Shown here piece after piece: positions 43,244 to 53,601 of a stretch of 64,000 bases of DNA. The notes below the pieces were generated by a model. It had not been told where the DNA came from and searched no databases. It saw only the letters and a list, made by a program, of their open reading frames with translations. The stretch lies in the sequence record KU521356.1; one strand, 5' to 3'. Position 1 is the stretch's first letter; the number at the start of each line of letters is the position of its first letter. The translations under genes were made by a program, and so were the position numbers.

Positions 43244-44152
43244 ATGCTAAAGGTAAAATCATTACTCACTGGCCATATTCTTCGAGCTACCTATGATTGG
43301 TTTCTTGAGAATAACTTCAGAGATATTCTAATTGTAGCACATACTCAATTAGTACCTGATTTATCTGAGGTAGCTCTAAAGCATGCGAAAGAAGATCACA
43401 CTATCACTTTCAATATCCATCCACGCTGTGCAAAGAATTTTTATATCAGTGACGAATATATCTCTTTCAATGTAACAGTAAATGGAGTTGGGGTCAGTAT
43501 TAAACTTCCTCTTTATGCAGTATTGGGTGTAGTTACACCTATTGATGATAATTCTAACGCATTCTTTGAAATGCCACTAGTAGATAGATATCTCAATGCA
43601 GATACTATTCGTGCAACATTAGAAGGAACTGTTAATAATGTAGTTGACAAAAACCCAGTATTAACTACCGTAGGTAATGTCACTGAGGTTAATTTTAAAA
43701 ATAAAGCCGATACCACTAATGGTAAGTTAGTTGTAAGGAATACATCTGAGAATGAGCATGATCAGATGATTGAAAGCGCCATTAACAGAGTAACTGAATT
43801 TAGTAATCCAGAATTAGATGCACATATTAGAGTAGCGGTAACTGTAATTAAACAGAATGCACCAGAATTAATTATGGATTGGTGTGAGCGGGTTATTAAT
43901 TGTACACGTAATGAAAACTATCAGGATAACATCAATGTACTTATGATGGAACTCCTCAGTTACCCTATTTCAAATGTGGTTAGTGAATCAACTGTGGACT
44001 CGGGTGATAATACATCTAATTCATTTGACAATGATGTAAATAAGATGGTTGAGGATTTCAATAATTCTTCCAATTCGCAGGTTATTATTAATAAACCTTC
44101 TCGTCCTACCGGTACACCAAAACTCACTGTTATTAAAGGTGGTAAGAAATGA
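43244..44152 (+). CDS. sspB: SspB-like ClpXP protease adaptor homolog
   Basis: N-terminus ILRATYDWFLEN...ITFNIHPRCAKN...ISFNVTVNGV...KLPLYAVLGV parallels the SspB substrate-binding domain; C-terminus PKLTVIKGGKK resembles the ClpX-binding tail (PALRVVK). Confidence 0.7.
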   Translation: MLKVKSLLTGHILRATYDWFLENNFRDILIVAHTQLVPDLSEVALKHAKEDHTITFNIHPRCAKNFYISDEYISFNVTVNGVGVSIKLPLYAVLGVVTPIDDNSNAFFEMPLVDRYLNADTIRATLEGTVNNVVDKNPVLTTVGNVTEVNFKNKADTTNGKLVVRNTSENEHDQMIESAINRVTEFSNPELDAHIRVAVTVIKQNAPELIMDWCERVINCTRNENYQDNINVLMMELLSYPISNVVSESTVDSGDNTSNSFDNDVNKMVEDFNNSSNSQVIINKPSRPTGTPKLTVIKGGKK

Positions 44153-44406
44153 ATGCAACTTTAGCAATTCTTTTTAGTAGTATCAGTATCGCTGGTTATC
44201 AAGCCAATGGTGCATCGCAGTCAACCGCTGAGTTCTCTGACATGGCTACTTGTTTTAGCGCGATTGAGCGCATTCAAAAACTAGCTAAAGCAAGTGCTAT
44301 TCGTAATAATGTAGAGACTGTAAAAATCAGTGATGGTGTTCTATTACGTTATTTTTCTTCTAGTACTAGTAAAGTAGAACATACTCTAATCTGTGTAAAT
44401 AAATAG
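44149..44406 (+). CDS. Small exported or membrane-anchored protein with two Cys
   Basis: Hydrophobic N-terminus; FSDMATCFSA and TLICVNK. Confidence 0.5.
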   Translation: MNATLAILFSSISIAGYQANGASQSTAEFSDMATCFSAIERIQKLAKASAIRNNVETVKISDGVLLRYFSSSTSKVEHTLICVNK

Positions 44407-44414
44407 GTACGGAT

Positions 44415-45749
44415 ATGTCTGAGAAAATGTATTTATCTTTTTCTGGAATTGGACACAATGACGTAATCAAACAAGATCTTAATGGATTCGTTCCAATGGA
44501 TGTATCAACTATTGATAATGAAGTGGCTGATCGATTATTTTATACTCCATTCAATAGTTCTGAACCAGGTACCTCATTACCTAATGTTGCTAATGTGGTA
44601 TTCAAGGTATTACCTATCCATATCGAGGATAACACTATCTGTGTTTTAGATAGTTGTTCTAGTACCGAATACTCATTGAATGACTTAGTTGATACCAGTG
44701 TCTCATCATTAGAAACATATGGCCCATTAATAGATTTACGTAGTAGTGATCCAATTGAGACATATGCTAATCAGGCAGTGTATACTTGGTTAAATAAGAA
44801 TATCTGTGATATCGAATTTGAAGTACATGGCGGGCTGCAAGTGCAACTAACTGCTGACCAAGTGCGTTCCAATGTTAATGCATTTGTAGCAGGTATTGAT
44901 CTTGACATCGACGATAAATTGATGGTATATGTGGTGATTAAAATCAATGATCGTTTATACGATGCTTGGTCTAGTCAACATGTGGTGGAACCATTAACAA
45001 TGTATCATGTGCAAGGTGGTCATGAGCCTATTGTCTATAGTGAGACCCATATTGAAAATAGCCTATTGCGATATGCTAAAGAGAAAGGTTGGGCTGAAAT
45101 TTTGACTCGTATTGGTCTGTAATAAAAATACTTCTTATAGACTAATAATATAGGTAAGATACTAGCCGATTGGTTAGTTGCGCTTAGGGAGTCCTTCGGG
45201 ACTCCCGTATATCGTCTAGGAGGTTTTATGTATACAGTTACACTTGAACAAGTAGGACACCGTATACCGTCTAGTTTAAGTGCTTTTGTAATTAGACCGT
45301 TTGAAAATACCATTACGCATAATGATACGTCTTATTACTTGATCATGGGTAAAGATGATTTCGATAACATGCACATGGAATGGCGAGATGTAGCTGTAGT
45401 TGATAGTCAAGCCGTTATAGTTGCTACATACACTCCATCGAAAAACTCATTTAATCTTGTAAAAAATGAATTAGGTATTCCAGTTAATATCAAATACAAA
45501 CGGATAGAGGTTGATCTATGATTACCAGTAAGGTTAGAGGAATGAAGTATGGATCGTCTTGATGAAAGAATCGCATTCAGTGTAAAGTCGTACAAAATTT
45601 TCAATGCTCTCTCCCATGGCCGAGTTCGGGCATTGATTATTAACTTTAAAGATGGTAAGGGTACGATCGTATCTATTAGTGATGAGCGCCGCCATGATAA
45701 ACATCTCTGGTTCAACTGTGGACTAGTAGACAATCCGAGGATCAAGTAA
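44415..45749 (+). other. Hypothetical CDSs: 44415-45122, 45228-45521, 45549-45749
   Basis: ORFs with RBS. Confidence 0.6.
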
Positions 45750-47215
45750 TGGAACAATATCTTAATTCAATCCGTTTAGTTAAAGAACACGGTGTACATA
45801 AAGGTGACCGTACTGGTACTGGTACTCAGAGCATGTTTGGTCAACAAGAACGTTATAGTCTGCGTAATAATCAGCTACCAGTTGTAACCACCAAGAAGAT
45901 TCATCTAGCTTCTGTAATTCATGAATTGTTCTGGATGCTGTCAGGTGATACTAAGGTGGATTACCTGATCGCTAATGGTGTACGCATCTGGAACGAGTGG
46001 GTTAAACCTGAAACCGCAGTATATGAGCCGATGACCGATGAGGCCGTTCTTAAAGCAGTAACTGCCCTCATTGGTGCCCCATTCGTAATGTACTTACATT
46101 GTATGAACGATGACTCTACTCCATTCATTGAGACTGTAGCGGAATTCGAGTCGGGTATGACTCCAGAGACTATTCAGGCCTTCTGGGATGAATATCCAGT
46201 TAACCGTGAGGAAATCCAATACATCATTGGAGTTAGCGTAACGTCGTGGAATAGGTTCGCTACTGAAGGGTTCGATGAAGCCAAAAATCCTGAAGGTATT
46301 CGTGCTGAATATAACAAGCGACTGTATCGTGCTTTGATGCATAAAGAACCAGAGCGTCTGGTCGGCGGCGATCTAGGTGCTGTTTACGGTAAGACATGGC
46401 GTAATCTTGAAGACACTCGTGTAATCCCTAAATATGAGTGGTTTGATTATGAGAAGCGTGGTTTTGACTTCGTGGCGGATATCCCAGGTACAACCATGGA
46501 AACCGATCGATGCGTGGTTACTCGACGTATCGACCAAATCCAAGACATCATCGATCAACTTCGCACCAACCCGGATTCTCGTCGGATCATTGTTTGTGCA
46601 TGGGCGCCACATCTTATTGATGAGCAGGCACTCCCACCTTGCCACGCATTTATTCAGTTCTGGACCCGTGAACTGACCGTAGATGAACGAGTGCAAGCTC
46701 TAGACCAAACCCAGTTCGAAGCTGATGCTTATCATGATAAGATTAGTGGTGAGATTACTCGTGGTCAACCTCCATTCGATAGTGCTGAGCAGGTTAAAGC
46801 ACTTCTGCGTGTCTGTCGTGGTTATGAAAAGGCTACAGATGAAGCAGTAGTAGAATGGCTGGATCAACATGGTGTTCCTAAACGTGCATTGAGTTGCCAA
46901 CTCTATCAAAGATCTTGTGATACTTTCTTAGGAAAACCCTTTAATATCACGTTCTACAGTCTGCTGACCCATATGTTAGCTAACCAAATGAATATGATTG
47001 CTGAAGAGTTTATCTGGACTGGTGGTGATGTACATATTTACTCTAACCACCAAGAACAAACTGATCTTCAATTAACTCGTGAACCGAAGGTTCTACCTAC
47101 CATCCGTTTTAAAGAAGAAGCTATTGGTAAAGATATTCGGGAAATTGGTGTAGATGATTTTGTTATCGAGAACTATGAATATCATCCACACATTGCTGGT
47201 AAAGTTGCTGTTTAA
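45749..47215 (+). CDS. thyA: Thymidylate synthase ThyA with two large insertions
   Basis: GDRTGTGT, LPVVTTKKI, SRRIIVCAW, ALPPCH, CQLYQRSCDTFLGKPFNI, GDVHIYSNH motifs. Confidence 0.95.
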   Translation: MEQYLNSIRLVKEHGVHKGDRTGTGTQSMFGQQERYSLRNNQLPVVTTKKIHLASVIHELFWMLSGDTKVDYLIANGVRIWNEWVKPETAVYEPMTDEAVLKAVTALIGAPFVMYLHCMNDDSTPFIETVAEFESGMTPETIQAFWDEYPVNREEIQYIIGVSVTSWNRFATEGFDEAKNPEGIRAEYNKRLYRALMHKEPERLVGGDLGAVYGKTWRNLEDTRVIPKYEWFDYEKRGFDFVADIPGTTMETDRCVVTRRIDQIQDIIDQLRTNPDSRRIIVCAWAPHLIDEQALPPCHAFIQFWTRELTVDERVQALDQTQFEADAYHDKISGEITRGQPPFDSAEQVKALLRVCRGYEKATDEAVVEWLDQHGVPKRALSCQLYQRSCDTFLGKPFNITFYSLLTHMLANQMNMIAEEFIWTGGDVHIYSNHQEQTDLQLTREPKVLPTIRFKEEAIGKDIREIGVDDFVIENYEYHPHIAGKVAV

Positions 47216-47269
47216 CATAAAACGCCTCCCTTCGGGGAGGCTTTATTTTCCTTTGGAGGTATACTTCTT

Positions 47270-47659
47270 ATGAACATTATCGAACTTAAACGTCAACTTT
47301 AACTCGCCGAGGAACTGATGGGTATAGACCCTGCTCCACTTAAAATCGGTATCGCTGGTGATCGAGTTGATACTGCAACTCGATGCAGTATTTTCAATGG
47401 GAAAGATCCAGGTAGGGAATTCAGTATCAGTCTTGGAATTGTTAGCCGAAAGCAATTGCTTGAACACACTGACGATGCATTGATTCTCAATAAGCCCGAG
47501 AAAGAGCCTATTGTCATCCCATACAAAGCTATCTACGACATGCCTACTTCTCTTGAATTCGAGGAAGAACTGATCTCGGAAGGATGGTTGGTCTACAATA
47601 TTCTCAGGACACCGATATTCATGTGGCTTGATGCTGGTAAAACAGAAAAACTTAAATAA
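47270..47659 (+). pseudogene. Hypothetical gene with premature TAA at codon 11; re-initiation at 47318 possible
   Basis: Strong RBS ggaggt before ATG 47270; TAA at 47300-47302 is in frame with the 47318-47659 ORF. Confidence 0.5.
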
Positions 47660-47670
47660 GGAAAAATGAA

Positions 47671-48183
47671 ATGACTATGTCTACTCTTGGTTGGGATTTA
47701 AATGGCGGTGCTCTGGACACGCTATATCAACTAGTTCGTCATGGTTTCCGTGAACCAGGTGAGATCCCATCTAAAGCTGGCGCCGTCGATCTTGAACAGC
47801 TTCGACTGATTGATTACTTCCCGGATGGTTCCGGCATTGAGTTGACTCTATTGGGTTCTGTTGTTGGTGATCACATTGTCAACCATAAAGAACTGATCGG
47901 TTTCAAGATTGACTTCGCTGAACGTTGTGGTAATGGTGAACTTGACGGTAAACCTATTCGGGTACTGAGTGACCATGATGACAACATCGTCTTTGTTCGT
48001 GATCTGATTCAAACTGCGGGCTTCAAGATCTCTGATCTGACCAGCGAGCACGATTATGCTGTATTCCAGATCAATGATCCAGATACTGATGGAAAGTATA
48101 TTACTCTTTATCCAGGTGACATTGTTGTCAAGACGGGATCTGGTTATATTGTTCACACCACTACGGAAAACCAGAGTCGTTAA
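47671..48183 (+). CDS. Hypothetical protein, possibly winged-helix N-terminus
   Basis: 170-aa ORF with RBS agga; LNGGALDTLYQL...GEIPSKAG segment. Confidence 0.6.
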   Translation: MTMSTLGWDLNGGALDTLYQLVRHGFREPGEIPSKAGAVDLEQLRLIDYFPDGSGIELTLLGSVVGDHIVNHKELIGFKIDFAERCGNGELDGKPIRVLSDHDDNIVFVRDLIQTAGFKISDLTSEHDYAVFQINDPDTDGKYITLYPGDIVVKTGSGYIVHTTTENQSR

Positions 48184-48241
48184 ACAGTATATCGGGAGTC
48201 CATTTGGACTCCCTTTTATATCGTAAACATGTGAGGTCCAA

Positions 48242-48964
48242 ATGTTTGTAAAAAAGTGATCTACCCAGTAATATTGAAAATATCAAAGTTGGTGAGAAAG
48301 TTATCTCCCAATGGTTCGCTTTACCCAATTATACTGAGATGAAGAAGCTCTATTTGGATGATCTTCCAGCTCTCGGTTACCATCAATCAATGGCTGATTT
48401 TGAAGCAGCTGTCAGGAAATATACCACGGCATTCCTTATCGACAATCTACTGATGGATACTGCTGGTAAGGCTATCAACCCGATCTCACCTTACTTCCTC
48501 GATAAGGTCAACGAGCGCTTGGCAGAACTCGGTGATCCATTGTATCGAGTTACATGCATTATATCTCGATGGCCAAACAAAACAAAATGCGTTGGTTGTC
48601 AGATGAGAAGGTTCGGATGAAGAAATACTTCTATTCATTGCGTCCTCTCCTTGCAGCATTGTGGGTTGAGACTAGCCATGAACATCCGCCCATGGTTTTC
48701 CATGAACTGTTACCTATCCTGTCAGATCCTATCTTGTATAAACGTATCCAAGAATTGGTTAACGCTAAGGTTGGAGCTACTGAATAGGATCTGATTGATC
48801 GTTGCCCAGTTCTGGATCGGTTCATTGACTTCCATCTGGCTAAAGAGAAACCCAACTTCGGTAAATATAAACGTCCGGACATCTATGCACTTACCGACCT
48901 AGCCTGGCATTTTGTTGACCAGTACAAGCTCGACACATTCGTAAAACTACCTGGTACCGAATGA
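48242..48964 (+). pseudogene. Degraded locus: frameshifted 5' gene joined to the C-terminal half of a PF10127-like nucleotidyltransferase carrying an internal TAG
   Basis: RBS gagg plus ATG 48242 goes out of frame at an A6 run (48250-48255). HYISMAKQN...KKYFYSLRPLLAALWVE...PPMVFHELL begins at 48554. TAG at 48785-48787 is followed by 58 more open codons to TGA 48962-48964. Confidence 0.6.
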
Positions 48965-50832
48965 AGAAAATATTAGTCAATAAAGAAAAAAGTCTAATAC
49001 CATCTTATTAAAAGGAAATATACTATGTTATTTAAAAAAGAAGTATGTATTGAGAATATCCTAGTACTAGAAAAACTATACATGGTTACTAATCGTAAGG
49101 ATAATATCTATCCTAATCCAGAGGTAACTTATGAAGATATTAAGAAATTTACCAAAACCTATGGTAAAATTCCAATGGACTTCTTAGGTCCATTATTACA
49201 TGAGATTGTTGAACGGGAAGATTATATTCTAAAAGAAAAAGAAGCTCAAGAATACATTGATAAAATGCCTATTATTGTAGAACACGATAATAGTCGTATT
49301 GTTAATGAATACACTATCTTGAATTATATTATTCCAGTTACTACTCATCCTAATCTTAATAATCGATCATATACCATCAATCTTTATAAGTATGTCGACT
49401 GCCTAGAAAATACTACCAAAGCATTAAAACATTTTAGATGGACAAATAATCAAGATTATAATTTCTTAAAGACGGTGCATGGCCGTTTACTAGATATTCT
49501 TGATATCATGGAAAGTTAATATGTTAAAAACATATTCATCTAATATACTCCATTACATACGTTACCCTACTCCATATTGGGGTAGGGGTATTAAGGTGGG
49601 GTATAAATATGTCAAGCAACAAACTATCTGCACAACTCAATCATCATCACAATACTCGTATAGTTAATTATTATGTCTCACTAGCCGCAAGTCGTTATGG
49701 CGACACCAATCCTTCAGCAAAAGCTAAAGGTAAATGGCGTAAACATAATCCATTTAATTGTGGTAGGTCTCGTTGTATGCTATGTGGTAATCCCCGTAAG
49801 CGTTGGAATAGACTTACTCTTAATGAGATTAAAATTAATATTTCATTAAAAGAACAATTAACTGAAATTAGTAGAGACATTGCTGAGCTAAATGAGGATT
49901 GAACAATGTATGAAGAGTACGAAGCAATTTAATAGTTTAGATTAACCATTCGAAATAAATTTGGAATAATTAAATGAAAGTTAAAAATAAGCAACAGCCT
50001 AAATTTGTCAATCTAGCTACTATGCAAGCCGCATGGCGTTTAAATAACGCAGAGCTTAAAGCTAAGCGGGAAGCTAAAGAAAAGCAAAAAGAATAAAACT
50101 ATTTGATTGCATAAAGAGAGAGGATAAATTCCTCTCTCTTTTTATGTTGTTTTATAACTTATATTTAGTCTAAAAGATAATTATGGAATAAACAAAAAAT
50201 ATCCTAACTGATATGTTTGTTCTTTATTCTTGACTTATTGAACCCAAAGAGGATTTTTAAAATGACTGATATTTTAAATAAAGATAACTTCTTTTCATGG
50301 GGTGCTGTAGTAGGTGGTGCACTATTACAGTATTTTGAAAATGGTAAACTTGAAGGTGGTTATAGTATATTTAAATTCAGTGATGATGTTAATGGCCTGG
50401 TAATTACAGGTGGTATAACGCATCGAAAAAATATCGGGATCCTGTGTGGTCAAGGTGATGATGAAGATCTATTTTTAGTATTCGTCATAAGTAATACTGA
50501 AAAGCCACATGCAGTATGGTATTACGATATTTATGTAGATGATGAAAGTAGTATTTGTTTTACAAATTCTTCACCTACCAGTGGTCGTATCTTTAAATCA
50601 GATACTGATGGAAATAATGACCTGTCGATAAGTCAATTACTTAAAGTAGTTAAATACTTAGTAGATGAACGAGTTCGTTTAAATAAAAATATAGTTAATT
50701 CACCAGGTTATAAAATCATTGAAGAAGATAAAGACTTTCAACTATAATAAGTATTTTACAAAGTTACCATAAATACCTCCCTTCGGGGAGGTTTTATATT
50801 GTGTTTTTTTGTATTCAAACATATTTAAACAG

Positions 50833-50840
50833 TATATTAC
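50833..50840 (+). promoter_or_regulatory. Early promoter core TATATTAC
   Basis: Lies between the terminator at 50776 and RBS aggag/ATG 50877. Confidence 0.75.
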
Positions 50841-51212
50841 AACAGTGAATTCAATCTTGAAAAAAGGAGATATACCATGAATATGTCCACTATTTCTACT
50901 GGTATTCTGGTGCTGGGCGGACTGGCATTTGGTTATAGCATTTGCAATGGTGTGCATTCAGTTTATAAAGAACTGGCTATGGAAATCTATTATAAAAAGC
51001 AATTGACAAAAGTAAAAGAGAAACTCACCGAATATGAAAACAAATATGTAGAAGTACCCTCAACAGCTGAAGTAAATATTTATATCGAACCTCTACTAAC
51101 TGAGGCCCTTAATAAACTAGATCGATTCACCTATGGGTGTTTCCTAGCTGAGGTTGAACAACATATCGATTTTATTATTGATAATTACCGTGTAGTTAAC
51201 AGATAATAAGAG

Positions 51213-51272
51213 CATAAAGCCCTCCCTTCGGGGAGGGCTATTGCACTAAATTTTATTTGAGATCTATATTAC
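51213..51272 (+). repeat. Terminator-promoter cassette, copy 2 (TATATTAC at 51265-51272)
   Basis: 58/60 identical to 35742-35801. Confidence 0.85.
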
Positions 51273-53136
51273 ATGTGTGTATTACAAAATCAAATTAATG
51301 TGTCGAGGTTTTAATAGATGGACGTAGTTACTAACATTTGGGAGGACGTTCTTACGAACGTGCACCACAAACTAAAGGTAATGGCCACTACTGCTGGCGA
51401 TGTCATTCATACAGTGGAACCCAAATTAAATGAAATGATTAAATCGAATATTAATCAACTACAGACAGAAAGGTATAGTCTTAGTTTAAACAAAACTAAA
51501 GACAATAAATACTACGCAAAATACCATGATAATCATCATGGCTGGGATGTTTATTTATTTGTTGAACAAACTAGGTATGGGGCTATTGTTGGTAGTGGGT
51601 TACGCCATCGTGCTAAAGAAGCTTGGGGGCTTAATAAATTCAGAGAATATAATCTTATCAAAGTAAGGTGTACTCGACAAAATAGTGTTGTTGATAGTAT
51701 TGTCTTCTTCGATGATCCATCTGAATATTTTCTTAGAGCTGTAAATAAATTTTAAATTAACTAAAAGGTAAAAAAATGAATAATCTACAAGTTAATACCA
51801 CTATTAAAGAATTACATAAACTTCTAATCTGTAATATTATTGATGGTAAACTAATTGAATATAATGATATTGTGAAAGAACTGAAAATTACTAATGATGA
51901 ATTAGATAATCTACTAATAGCTATTTCAAAGCTATCTGATACACCAATTAATAATATCTTTAAATCACTTTCACTAGCAATTGATCTACGTACAATTACA
52001 TCCGTCATTGAAAAACTTAGTAATTCTACGAAACTATCTAAAAAAGAAATCCAACTAGACCTGTTAACTAGTTTAGGAATAAAAGATAATTATTTTTCGA
52101 ATAGTTGCACTAACGTGTATCATGAACTAAGTGATATTATCAAAAAGCTTGAACATAGTGATAAACTATATCAAACAGATTATCAAAACTTTATTATTGA
52201 TAAAGTAACTAGTCATTTTAAAGATGTATTGTATTCGGCTGGTTATGCAATCAGTGATATTTATAAGTACACTGATTCTAAAGTAGTTAATGTAGATAAA
52301 AATGGACTATTGATAGGTATGAGCATTACCAATTATAGCTTCCATAATAAGGATGAACCAATTAGGACTATTGGTTTTTCATTAATTGATAAAACCGAAT
52401 GTTGTGTTGGAAAATCTGAAACTATTAAAAAGTTTGATGTTGAAGATTTTCTTAATGCAATGGATACTATCAATATTAACCCTACTTCTATTATTTTTTC
52501 AAACCAGTATCGAGAAAAAGACTTAGCCATTCATAATGCGATCATGAATGAATTTAAGGTGAACAAGATTTCAAATAATACACGTGACAATATAGTATCT
52601 TATCATACTGTCATGATGGGGCATAACTGTATTATCTCATTTAATCACAATGGGTTCCTATTGAAAATTTAATAGAATATCAATTAAAAATTATCTTATG
52701 TAGTTTATCTAATTAAGGAAACAAAAAGAATGCCAACTTATATTGAATTAATCAATATTGTCAATGACGATACTCCTGAAGATGATGCAGTTATTAGTGA
52801 TCTGATGAGTCAAATGAATGATAAACAAACTGTTCTTGACAGTTGTCGTATCAATCATAAAGGCTATGCTTATTTTAAGTTCCATGTTAAGGGATCAATT
52901 AGTAAGGATAAACTTAAGGCTCTAAATGAAACTTTAAAAGATTCTAATCTTGTTGTGACTGATGCTAGTACACAACGTGGTTTCATGCCACCTAATAAGT
53001 TTGATGATATCACTTATACTGAAGAGAGTGTTGGTTATAGGGCAATGGTCTGGACAAGCTTCACTATTGAAAAGCTACTTGTATAATAAGAGCCCTTCGG
53101 GGCTCTTTCTATTTCGCAATTAGGTATCTGTATTAA

Positions 53137-53571
53137 ATGGATAAGTATCCTATTCTACAAGCTATGTCTAAAGAAGAGGCATTTAGACTTTTAGACATAC
53201 AAGGTGAGTTTAGAAAAACTCAAATGAAAGAAAGGTATTGGAATGAGGAAACTGGTCTATGGTGGTGGGAACAACATCCCGATGTGAAATTAAGGATAGT
53301 TGCCGCCTGCAATAGATGGAAGGATGTTTATTTCATTGCAGCGAGGCATTCATCAATCATAATGACTCAACAACAGCTAATGTATGGTGGTCTTAAGGTA
53401 TTGCATGAATATGCAGGAGATGATCATGAACAAGGTTTTATTGATCAGTATGAAAACTTCCACTCTAGGGAAGAAGCAGTAATTATCGCTAAGAATAATA
53501 ATCAGTTATATCGAGCTGAATTAGAAAATAGATTAGTAACTAAATATTTATTTAGTGAAGACCTATATTAG
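53137..53571 (+). CDS. Conserved phage protein with RH / QGF / SREEA / LFSEDLY motifs
   Basis: Recalled as a widespread uncharacterised phage family ending in LFSEDL[WY]. Confidence 0.55.
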   Translation: MDKYPILQAMSKEEAFRLLDIQGEFRKTQMKERYWNEETGLWWWEQHPDVKLRIVAACNRWKDVYFIAARHSSIIMTQQQLMYGGLKVLHEYAGDDHEQGFIDQYENFHSREEAVIIAKNNNQLYRAELENRLVTKYLFSEDLY

Positions 53572-53601
53572 GTTTCCAATAATTTAAATAGGAATATAGC
53601 T

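Larger units (their letters stand above)
49025..53086 (+). other. Hypothetical CDSs: 49025-49519, 49609-49902 (CGRSRCMLCGNPRK Zn-ribbon-like), 49974-50096, 50217-50747, 50877-51206, 51318-51755, 51776-52672, 52730-53086
   Basis: ORFs separated by terminators and early promoters. Confidence 0.6.

Noticed and set aside
45990-46920. Intein or group I intron in thyA
   Set aside because: The frame is continuous; the insertions lack Cys/Ser starts, His-Asn ends and homing-endonuclease motifs.
47990-48183. Tad2-like sponge domain in the 47671 protein (YPGDIVVK)
   Set aside because: The Tad2 hallmarks (WNGK, W-x-PSQ-x-D-x-LA-x-DW) are absent.
48785-48787. TAG reassigned to an amino acid (genetic code 15)
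   Set aside because: Several intact genes end in TAG right before the next gene (for example 13771, 19915, 32143), long genes have no internal TAG, and no suppressor tRNA was seen.
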